Assembly: GCA_039028615.1 (NCBI GenBank)
Contig: JBCCHT010000023.1
Location: 1 to 64,000 of the forward strand
Length of the DNA stretch: 64,000 nt
DNA from: Myxococcota bacterium
Lineage (GTDB): Bacteria; Myxococcota_A; Polyangia; Nannocystales; Nannocystaceae
Direction: 5' to 3'
Part shown: positions 30,567 through 38,697 of the stretch, piece after piece
Numbering within the stretch: position 1 is the stretch's first letter
Layout of the letters: each line of letters starts with the position of its first letter
Made by a program: the position numbers and the translations under genes
Notes under the pieces: generated by a model
The model's database searches: none
What the model saw: only the letters and a program-made list of their open reading frames with translations
What the model was told of the DNA's origin: nothing

Positions 30567-32363
30567 ATGAAACACCACGGCCTCGCTACCTTCGATCGCA
30601 TCGCGCTTGCTGGCGCCACCGCTGCCGACGACCAACGGCTCGACCTCGAGTCTCTCCCCTCCGCCGCTCCTCTCCGCGAGGCGCCCCCGAGTGTGCCCCG
30701 CTGGTCGCGGGCCTTCAGCGAGGTGCTGGACCGGGTGCCTCGCGTCAATGGCCGCCTCGAGCCCAAGGAACGCCGCGCCGCCCAAGAGGCCCTCTCGACG
30801 CTCGTCGACGCCGAGGTCGAAGCCCTCTTCGGCAAAGGCGGCGGGGAGGAACGATGGAACGAGCGCTTCGCCTGGACGGGGCGCCGCTGGCCGGAGATCG
30901 AGCCGCTCGGCGTTCAGCTCGCGGCGTCATGGCTGTGCTGTTACTTGGCCGAGGCGGCGGAGCAGCGCTTCAACGCCTTCGGTCGGCTCTTTCCCCGCAA
31001 CATGAGCTTGCCCACCGAATCGCAGCTCCAGCTCCTGGCCGACCACATGCACGAGGGCTTCGCCAACCCCGACGCGGGCATCCCGGCGGGCTTCATCTTC
31101 TTCGGCCAGTTCATCGACCACGACGTGACCCTCGACGCGATCACCGGGCTCGGCGAGACCGGGGTCACCGTGGAGGACGTCATCAACCTGCGCTCGCCGA
31201 GCTTCGATCTCGACAGCGTCTACCGCGACGGGCCCGAGGCCAGCCCGCACCTATACGACCAGACCCGCGAGCACGAGGGCTACCTGCTCATCGAGCAGAA
31301 AGGGCACGACCTGCCCCGCAACAGCCAAGGCCGGGCCTTGCTGGGCGACCCTCGTAACGACGAGAACCTGTTCGTCTCGCAGCTGCACCTGCAGTTCTTG
31401 CTGTTTCACAACGCCGTGCTGCGCATGGTCCACGGCGGCGGCGTGGATGTGGCGTTCGGTCGCCTCCCCGACGAGAGTGACTTCGAGTTCGCACGACGCC
31501 TCGTTCGCTGGCACTACCAGTGGATCGCCGTCAACGAGTACCTGCCGCTGATCGTGCACGGCAAGCCCCTCGATGCCGCGCACGCGATCACGGGCGTGCC
31601 GCAAGGGGCAGGCACCGTGCCGTCGCTCCTGCCCGACTTCAACGTGGCCGCCGCTCACCTGTCGTCGCTCGGCTTCACCGGGTGCTGCGGTCGGGTGCAC
31701 GACGGCCCCAAGATGCCGGTCGAGTTCTCGGGCGCCGCGTTCCGCTTCGCGCACAGCCAGGTCCCCAGCCGCTTCGACATCAACGACGAGCGGCAGAACA
31801 TCCCGCTGTTCACCCCCAAGCCCCCTGCGCCGGGAGCCTTCAACCCGGCCACCGACACCGTCAGCTGGGAGCGCTTCTTCGTCATCGACGGCAGCACGCC
31901 GCAGGCGGCTCGACCCATCGACACCTTCGTCACCGCGCAGCTGTTCGCCCTGCCCTTCGCGCCTTCGGCTCCGTCGCTGCCGCTGCGCAACCTCGTGCGA
32001 TCGGCTCTGGTCTACGCACTGCCCACGGGTGAGACGGCACGCACGACCCTGGGCCTCGACACCGCCTCGCAGATGTCGCCCGCCGCCCTCGCCAAGACGG
32101 CCGCCGCCGGTCTAACCGACGCCACGCCGCTGTGGTTCTACTGCCTGGGTGAAGCCGAGGACAACGGCGGTCAGCTCGGTGCCGTGGGCGGGCTCATCGT
32201 GGCCTGGACCTTCTTGCAGATGCTGCGCTGCGATCCCCACTCGTACGTCAACGCGGCCACGCCGTGGCAGCCCGTGCTGCTGCCCAGCGAGCCGGGCAAG
32301 TTCGAGATGGCCGACCTCATCCGCATCGCCGACGGCGAGCGCATCGACGCCTTCGGGTCCTAG
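30567..32363 (+). CDS. heme peroxidase, peroxidase-cyclooxygenase superfamily
   Basis: FGQFIDHD, DLDSVY, GDPRNDEN, WHYQW, AFRFAHS, TPLWFY. Confidence 0.88.
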   Translation: MKHHGLATFDRIALAGATAADDQRLDLESLPSAAPLREAPPSVPRWSRAFSEVLDRVPRVNGRLEPKERRAAQEALSTLVDAEVEALFGKGGGEERWNERFAWTGRRWPEIEPLGVQLAASWLCCYLAEAAEQRFNAFGRLFPRNMSLPTESQLQLLADHMHEGFANPDAGIPAGFIFFGQFIDHDVTLDAITGLGETGVTVEDVINLRSPSFDLDSVYRDGPEASPHLYDQTREHEGYLLIEQKGHDLPRNSQGRALLGDPRNDENLFVSQLHLQFLLFHNAVLRMVHGGGVDVAFGRLPDESDFEFARRLVRWHYQWIAVNEYLPLIVHGKPLDAAHAITGVPQGAGTVPSLLPDFNVAAAHLSSLGFTGCCGRVHDGPKMPVEFSGAAFRFAHSQVPSRFDINDERQNIPLFTPKPPAPGAFNPATDTVSWERFFVIDGSTPQAARPIDTFVTAQLFALPFAPSAPSLPLRNLVRSALVYALPTGETARTTLGLDTASQMSPAALAKTAAAGLTDATPLWFYCLGEAEDNGGQLGAVGGLIVAWTFLQMLRCDPHSYVNAATPWQPVLLPSEPGKFEMADLIRIADGERIDAFGS

Positions 32364-32609
32364 CCCGAGGGCGCTCGGCCGGCACGGAGCAATCGGCAAT
32401 TCAGCGGCAACATTCGATCGACTGCCCGGCTCGTCGCGTACGCCACCGTGTGGAGCACGAGCATCGTCGCCCACGAGGACTGACCGCGCCCACCGACGGG
32501 CCGTCGTGAGGGAAACGCCGAGGCGCGGGCGAAATCTCCGGAAATCGAAATCCAAAGCGGTTCGGCCGGGCACCTCACGGTTGTGGGGCGTGACCTCAAC
32601 GAAGCCGCG

Positions 32610-34337
32610 ATGAATGTCCGACTCTGTGCCGCGAGCGTGCGACCGACCGAGATCCGGGCCGCCGATCAGATCGTGCAGTGCCTGCGGCAGCACGGCGTGG
32701 AGCGAGTCTTCGGGATTCCCGGGGGCACCATCTCGCCGGTCTTCGACGCCCTGATCGCGGCGGGGATCGAGATCGTGTCGTGCCAACACGAGACCATGGC
32801 CGTCTACGCGGCGGCTGGTCACGCGCGGGCGACCGGGTGCCCCGCCGTGGTCGCGGTCACCTCCGGGCCCGGGGTGCTCAACGCCCTGACCGGACTGGCT
32901 GCGGCCGACCGCGACGAGCTGCCCGTGCTGCTGCTGTGCGGAGAAGCGGACACCCGCAGCTTCGGCCGCGCCCCGCTCCAAGAAGGCGGCACGACGGGCC
33001 TGGACATCGTCACCATCGCTCGGTCGCTCACGCGTCACGCCGAGCTCGTGATGCAGCCGCAGCGAGCCGCCGCGGCGGTCGATCGTGCGCTGACGACGAT
33101 CGGCCAGGCTCCCTACGGCGCGGCCTTGCTGAGCCTCCCCTTCAACGTCACCCGAGCCCCGGTTTCCGCGGCATCGTTCGTCGGGCAGCGCACCCCGCCG
33201 CCCCGGTCTCCAGACCTCGGACTGTGTGCCGAGATCGCCACGCTGCTGGGCGAGGCCGAGCGACCCGCGATCATGCTCGGCGTCGGTGCCAAGCGAAGCG
33301 GGGTCGGTCCCATCGTACGCCGGATCGCGGAGCGGTTGGGCGTTCCCGTGCTCACCGACATCGAGGCCAAGGGCTGCATGCCGGAGAGCCATCCGCTGTC
33401 GCTCGGAGTCTTCGGCATCGGCAGCCGGGGGCACGCCACCGCCTATCTACGCCGTGGCGTGGACCTGCTCGTGACGGTGGGATGTCGACTCGACGACAAC
33501 ACCACCAATCGCTATGCCGACGTCCTGCGTCCCGCCGAGGGTCTGCTAGTCCAGCTCGATCACGATGCCGATCGCCTCGGTCGAGCCTATGCCGCCGATC
33601 GGATGCTGTGCGCGGACTTGGTGCTGACCTGCGAGGCGATCGAGCGAGCACTCCCGGCACCAAGCCCCGCCGATCACGACCGCCGTCGTCGCCTGGCCCG
33701 CGCCCCCGACCCCTGCTCGCGCCTCGAGGCTCCGAGCCGGGCTCCCCACGATCCCCGTCGCGTCGCCCCTGCCCTGGTGGCCGCGCTCGGCCCCGACGGC
33801 GCCTTGTGCTGCGACATCGGCAACCACCTGCTCTTCGCCGCGCAGAGCCTGGCGGTGGACGACCCCGAGGGGTTTTGGGTCTCGGCCGGGTTGGGCGGCA
33901 TGGGCTCAGGCCTCGGCGTGGCCATCGGCATGCAGGTCGCCTACGGAGACCGACGCAAGGTCGCGTGCATCGTCGGCGACGGCGGCCTGCTCATGTGCGG
34001 CAACGAACTGTCGACCCTCGCTCGGTACCAAGTGCCGCTGGTGATCGTGGTCTACGACGATCGCCGCTGGGGCATGGTGTCCGACGGGTTCGAGCAGATC
34101 TACGGCCACCGCCCGCCGCAATTCGACACGCCCCGAGCCGACCTCGTGGAGTACGGACGCTCGATGGGCGTCCGCTCGCATCGCGTCGATGCGTTGACCG
34201 AGATCGAGCCGCTGCTGCGCGCACACCCGGCCGAGCCTCTGCTGCTGGTGGTGCCGATCGATCCCCGCGTGCAGCCCACCAACGAACGCAATGACGTGCT
34301 CGGACCCGACTCGAAGGACCGCGCGCCACTCGGCTGA
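32610..34337 (+). CDS. ThDP-dependent enzyme (acetolactate/acyloin synthase-like)
   Basis: FGIPGG, HE, TSGPG and the GDGG..NE ThDP-binding motif. Confidence 0.9.
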   Translation: MNVRLCAASVRPTEIRAADQIVQCLRQHGVERVFGIPGGTISPVFDALIAAGIEIVSCQHETMAVYAAAGHARATGCPAVVAVTSGPGVLNALTGLAAADRDELPVLLLCGEADTRSFGRAPLQEGGTTGLDIVTIARSLTRHAELVMQPQRAAAAVDRALTTIGQAPYGAALLSLPFNVTRAPVSAASFVGQRTPPPRSPDLGLCAEIATLLGEAERPAIMLGVGAKRSGVGPIVRRIAERLGVPVLTDIEAKGCMPESHPLSLGVFGIGSRGHATAYLRRGVDLLVTVGCRLDDNTTNRYADVLRPAEGLLVQLDHDADRLGRAYAADRMLCADLVLTCEAIERALPAPSPADHDRRRRLARAPDPCSRLEAPSRAPHDPRRVAPALVAALGPDGALCCDIGNHLLFAAQSLAVDDPEGFWVSAGLGGMGSGLGVAIGMQVAYGDRRKVACIVGDGGLLMCGNELSTLARYQVPLVIVVYDDRRWGMVSDGFEQIYGHRPPQFDTPRADLVEYGRSMGVRSHRVDALTEIEPLLRAHPAEPLLLVVPIDPRVQPTNERNDVLGPDSKDRAPLG

Positions 34338-34371
34338 GTCCAGACCGACCGACGACACAGAGGACGACGAC

Positions 34372-35424
34372 ATGAACGGAATCTTGGGACTGGGTAAGTT
34401 CTTGCCCCCGGACGTTCGCCGCAACGATTGGTGGCCGAAGGCCACGGTCGACAAGTGGCGCCAACGCATGCGCATGGCCGCCACGCAGGAGCCCGTCGAC
34501 GACGACGCCCGCCGGGTGATGGAGGCACAGCTCGAGTACGCCGACGACCCCTTCTCGGGCGCGGTCGAGCGCCGCGTGATGTCGCCGGACATGAACGCCT
34601 CCGACATGGAGATCGCCGCCGCCCGAGCCGCCCTCGACGACGCGGGGGTCGATGCCAGGGACATCGACCTGGTGATCAACGAGTCGAGCACGCCCGACTA
34701 CCTCGGCACCAATACCGCCTGTGTAGTGCACGAAGCCCTGGGCTTGCCCCGCACCGCGCTGACCGTCTCCGTACAGGCGGCATGCAACGGGTTCCACCAG
34801 CAGGTCACGCTCGCCGATGCTCTCATCGCCAGCGGCCGTGCGCGCCGAGCCTTGCTCGTGCAATCGTGTGGCCTGTCGCGGCTGTTGCCCTACGACCAAC
34901 CCTTCTCGCCGCTGTTCGGCGACGCTGCCACCGCTCAGGTGCTCGGCCCGGTCGGTGAAGGGCGAGGGCTCCTCGCCGCTCATCACCGCACCGACGGTTC
35001 CCTGGGCCATACGCTGCTGCTCGAGACGCAGGAAGGGCGATGGTGGAACCGTGGCCCGGTGGCGCTGCGCAACGCCAACCCGAGTGCCTCCCATCAGATG
35101 CTGGTGACCCTTCCGCGCTACGCCCGGGAGACGGTCGGCGGCGTGCTGAAGCAGGCCGAGCTTCAGCCATCCCAGGTCGACTTCGTCGCCATGCACCAGG
35201 CCTTTCCCTGGTATCGCCGCGTCGTGCAAAAGGCGGTCGGTCTCGAGCACGCGCGAGCGCTCGACACCTTCAGCTTCGCGGGCAGCGTGTGGGCCTGCAA
35301 CGTGCCCTTGGTGCTGGCGACGGCGCAGCAACGGGGAGAGCTGAACGATGGAGACCTCGTCGTCACGCAAGGCGGCGGCAGCGGGATGACCTACTCCAGC
35401 CTCGCGCTGCGCTGGGGCCGGTGA
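34372..35424 (+). CDS. 3-oxoacyl-ACP synthase III (KAS III)-like protein
   Basis: QAACNG (Cys), FGDAA, MHQA (His), GGGSG; the usual GN motif reads GS. Confidence 0.88.
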   Translation: MNGILGLGKFLPPDVRRNDWWPKATVDKWRQRMRMAATQEPVDDDARRVMEAQLEYADDPFSGAVERRVMSPDMNASDMEIAAARAALDDAGVDARDIDLVINESSTPDYLGTNTACVVHEALGLPRTALTVSVQAACNGFHQQVTLADALIASGRARRALLVQSCGLSRLLPYDQPFSPLFGDAATAQVLGPVGEGRGLLAAHHRTDGSLGHTLLLETQEGRWWNRGPVALRNANPSASHQMLVTLPRYARETVGGVLKQAELQPSQVDFVAMHQAFPWYRRVVQKAVGLEHARALDTFSFAGSVWACNVPLVLATAQQRGELNDGDLVVTQGGGSGMTYSSLALRWGR

Positions 35425-35577
35425 ACGAGCGACGATCTTCTCGTTCAGCGCATACCAACCGGGAAGCCACGCGGGCGGACCCGCCGAGACCCCCGCGCCG
35501 ACGATCACCACCAGTCCGTCATCCAACGCGGAGGACAGGCGAGCGATCTCCGACGTCCACGAACCGGGCTTCATCAC
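35425..35577 (-). pseudogene. N-terminal fragment of a SIR2-like protein
   Basis: LVVIVGAGVSAGPPAWLPGWYAL matches the SIR2 GAGxS..LPxW start; the frame then runs antisense into the KAS III gene. Confidence 0.6.
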
Positions 35578-35584
35578 GTCGACG

Positions 35585-35905
35585 TCAGCGACGCCCGGAG
35601 CCTTTCACCAACACCGCTCGCAGCTGCGTCGACACCTCGGGTGGCACATCGCCCGACCGCAGGATCCGCTTCGCTTCCGACTTCGCTTCCTCGAGTCGGC
35701 CCGACGCCGCCAGCGACACCGCCAACGAGACTGCCGCCTCGAGATCTGCGTCCACCTCGGTTTCGCCCTGTCCACGCACCGACGCCGCTTCGTCCCGCAG
35801 GCCGCGTTCGGCGTAGAGCTGGGCCAGCTTGGCGCGCGTCGAGGCACGCTCAGCGACTCCCGGGATCTCCCCCTTGAGGATGTCGACCAACGTCATCAGC
35901 TGCAT
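35585..35905 (-). CDS. short TPR-like helical protein, probably a C-terminal fragment
   Basis: LAQLYAERGLRDEA and LAVSLAASGRLEEA TPR-like helices; stops 7 nt before the SIR2 fragment start. Confidence 0.5.
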   Translation of the reverse strand: MQLMTLVDILKGEIPGVAERASTRAKLAQLYAERGLRDEAASVRGQGETEVDADLEAAVSLAVSLAASGRLEEAKSEAKRILRSGDVPPEVSTQLRAVLVKGSGRR

Positions 35906-35960
35906 TCGGATCGAGTACCGCTGCCGTCGATGGTGGCGCTACGTCGACTCCGTTCAGGTT

Positions 35961-36090
35961 GATCTCGGATTCCCCTTTGGTTTCGTGCGATCGAAAAAGG
36001 AGATCTCGTGGAAATCGACGGATCAGATCCCGGGATCTCGCAGATCAGATCTCGGGATCTCTTCGATCAGATCTCTTCGATCAGATCTCC
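35961..36090. repeat. GATC-rich repeat cluster
   Basis: 13 GATC by manual count in about 130 bp, including tandem GATCTCTTCGATCA x2. Confidence 0.85.
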
Positions 36091-36093
36091 TCG

Positions 36094-36999
36094 TCACCCG
36101 TGCTTGAGATGGGGATCGAGCAGCTTGCCCCACGCCTTGCTCACCCGCCCGTACTCCTCGGGGCACTGCTCGGCGCGTTCACGCGGCAGCACGTCGTCCT
36201 CCACCATGTGCTCGTGCGAGTCGGGGTCTTGGCCGTAGACCAAGCACAGCGTGTTGTAGAAGCGCTGCTCGCCCAAAGAGTGCACGCCCCAAAACGGAAG
36301 CTCTTGGAGTTCGCTCTCGGCTTCGTCGGGCAAGAACGCCTCCGCTCCGTCGATCGCCATGTTGCGACCGTCCTCTCCGCTCGAGAGCAACGCGAGCGTC
36401 GCGAGCTGATCCACGGCGTCCTCTTCGTTGCCCGTGATCGGCAGCTCGAAGATGTGGGCCACCGCGTGCCCGAGCTCGTGATAGAGCGTGAACATGGTCG
36501 CGCCTTCGATCTGCGCGTCCGCCATCTCTTCGCTCTCGGCGTACTTGTCGAACATCGTCGCGAAGCTCTCGATCAGCTCGTAGCACATCGAGATCTGATG
36601 CTTCTCCGGGTCGTAGAAGGCGTTGGCTTCACCGCAGTCTTCGAGCACGACCGGGACGTCGAACGGAAACGCGAGCGTCGCGTTGTTGTACTCGCAAAAT
36701 TGCTCGAGCAGCTCGGCCCCCTGGAGCACCTCTTCGAGATCGTGGTTCTCGGTCTGGCCGTAGCGCGGCTTCAGATCGCCCGCATCGGCGGGTCCTTTCG
36801 CCTTCGCGTCGTCGTCCTTTTCGGCCGGGGCGGCATCCTTCTTCGCCGGCTCCTTCGCGTCCGCATCCGAGGACTTCTTCGCCGGGGCATCGTTGCTGGC
36901 CGACGGCTCGCTGTCCTTCTTGCACCCGACCGTCGTGAACACGAGCACGGTGGCAGCGAGAGCCGACAGACTGCGAATCAACGGGAGAGGCCTCGACAT
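36094..36999 (-). CDS. DUF4344-type metallopeptidase lipoprotein
   Basis: Lipobox TVGC; CGEANAFYDP, HELGHA, EEDAVD, HSLGEQR..CLVYG. Confidence 0.85.
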   Translation of the reverse strand: MSRPLPLIRSLSALAATVLVFTTVGCKKDSEPSASNDAPAKKSSDADAKEPAKKDAAPAEKDDDAKAKGPADAGDLKPRYGQTENHDLEEVLQGAELLEQFCEYNNATLAFPFDVPVVLEDCGEANAFYDPEKHQISMCYELIESFATMFDKYAESEEMADAQIEGATMFTLYHELGHAVAHIFELPITGNEEDAVDQLATLALLSSGEDGRNMAIDGAEAFLPDEAESELQELPFWGVHSLGEQRFYNTLCLVYGQDPDSHEHMVEDDVLPRERAEQCPEEYGRVSKAWGKLLDPHLKHG

Positions 37000-37091
37000 C
37001 CAATCGATGGTACGCCCAAGCCGGACCCCACGACAGGAACGGGGCGCGGAGCCACTGCCCTCGCGCCCCCGCGGCGGGCTCGGACGGGCCC

Positions 37092-38390
37092 TCAGCGGAT
37101 GCGGAAGGCGTTCATGATGATGCCCGGCACTTCGAGACCGCCCCGAGGCACGTCGCCGGACAGGTCCATCATGCGTGCGGTGGCCAATAGCGCCGTGGCC
37201 TCCGTGGCCCAAGTCGTACCGTCGAGCTGCAGTACCCGGGTCGAGCCGGCCATCGGCGGAAGATCGGTGAACACTTCGATCGGCTCGTCGCCGGCCAGAT
37301 CCAGTCGGCCCCAACGCCACGCGGCCGCGCCGTTGGCATCACCCAGGGTCTCGACGTCGGCCGGCAGCAGGTCTTCGTCGAGGAGGCGCACGTACACCTC
37401 GGTGTCGCGCTGCTGCATGAGCGTGCCGCCCTGTCGCCCGCCCGTTCGCTCCGCGAAGGTGACGTAGCGATCGACCTCGTAGGTCCCCGCCGGGATCCGG
37501 AAGATGCACTCCGTGCCGTCGCTCAGCCCGCCGATCCGATTGAACACCGACGACACGTCCGATGCCCCCCACAGATCTCCATTGTCGGCCAACACCAGCG
37601 AGGTGAGTGCGGCGCAGTCCGGGATCTCCACCGTCCGGGTGACGGTATCCGTCTGCGGATCGAGAAACACCACGTTGGACATGGGGCCGTATGCGCTGGA
37701 GAACGACACGAAGGACTGCGAGTAGACCAGCTCGCCATCGCGATCGAGCGGACGGCCGCCGATGACCCCGATCCATCCCACCGCGCCCGTATCCCCCAGG
37801 TCGATGGTGCCCGTGATCTCGAACCGCGAAGGATCCCAGATGCCCACGAGTTGGGTCAGCGTGTCGATGACATAGGCCTTGGTGTCGGAGAGGAACACGA
37901 AGTTGCCGTGGCGAGCGCCCGACGAGCTCGCCGTGAACCCCTCCATCGACAGCGTGCGACCCTCGGTGATGCCCCCCGCCGAGTCGATCGAAAACTCGGT
38001 GAGCCGCGGCGTCGCCCCGTCGACGAGGTACACGACCTCGCCATCGTCGGGCCCGACCGCGATCCCCCCGTTGGGGATCTCCAGTGCCTGGCCGAGATCG
38101 ACGTCGATATCGTCCGCGGGTGAATCGACCATCACGACATAGCCCTGCCGTGGCGTCCCCGGCAGGACGACGGAGACCGCGTACTGGCCATCCGAAGCTC
38201 CCTCCGTCGTTGCCGACGCGGTCTCGTCCGCGTCGTCACTGGCGGGCATCGGTTCCGTCGACGCGACCGTGCTACCCGCGGCGGTGTCCTCCTCGGGCAC
38301 CGCACAAGCGGCGAAACTCGATGACGCGACGAACCCACACACTGGAAGCATGGCGAGGAGCCGTGAGCTAGGGCGGCGAAGAATCTGCAT
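37092..38390 (-). CDS. MxcI-like lipoprotein (beta-propeller-like)
   Basis: Lipobox FAAC; QALEIP, FLSDTKAY, WDPSRFEITGTI; similar to 43521 and 44856. Confidence 0.7.
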   Translation of the reverse strand: MQILRRPSSRLLAMLPVCGFVASSSFAACAVPEEDTAAGSTVASTEPMPASDDADETASATTEGASDGQYAVSVVLPGTPRQGYVVMVDSPADDIDVDLGQALEIPNGGIAVGPDDGEVVYLVDGATPRLTEFSIDSAGGITEGRTLSMEGFTASSSGARHGNFVFLSDTKAYVIDTLTQLVGIWDPSRFEITGTIDLGDTGAVGWIGVIGGRPLDRDGELVYSQSFVSFSSAYGPMSNVVFLDPQTDTVTRTVEIPDCAALTSLVLADNGDLWGASDVSSVFNRIGGLSDGTECIFRIPAGTYEVDRYVTFAERTGGRQGGTLMQQRDTEVYVRLLDEDLLPADVETLGDANGAAAWRWGRLDLAGDEPIEVFTDLPPMAGSTRVLQLDGTTWATEATALLATARMMDLSGDVPRGGLEVPGIIMNAFRIR

Positions 38391-38476
38391 GTCTGGTTCG
38401 GTGGTCGGACCGCGAGACGATCGGTTCGTGAAACTCGCACCACGACGCGGGGGCGGGTTCCGATGCTCCTCGCAGC

Positions 38477-38495
38477 GAAAACGCAAATCAATCTC
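38477..38495. promoter_or_regulatory. putative Fur box
   Basis: Minus strand GAGATTGATTTGCGTTTTC, 12/19 match to GATAATGATAATCATTATC, between divergent uptake genes. Confidence 0.5.
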
Positions 38496-38608
38496 AACAA
38501 TAACCGAAGGCGCTCAAAACGCAGAACTCGAACAACGTAGGTCGGCTCTCTGTGGGATCTGGTCGCATAGGGCGAGGAACACGCCGCTTCGTGAGGTGAA
38601 CCTTTATT

Positions 38609-38634
38609 GAAAGCGACATTCAGAATGCTTGACA
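38609..38634 (+). promoter_or_regulatory. second weak Fur-like box next to TTGACA
   Basis: GAAAGCGACATTCAGAATG (11/19), followed by TTGACA at 38629-38634; no clear -10. Confidence 0.35.
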
Positions 38635-38697
38635 GTTGCGCGGGGGTCGGGCCTTCTGGGTCGCCCCCGCGAAACCGGGTCTCACAGCTGTACAACG

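Noticed and set aside
32610..34337. Housekeeping ilvB
   Set aside because: No small subunit or ilvC nearby; paired with a KAS III-like gene instead, so no symbol was assigned.
35961..36090. GATC cluster as oriC or a CRISPR array
   Set aside because: No DnaA boxes, AT-rich unwinding element or dnaA/gidA context; no constant repeat with unique spacers and no cas genes.
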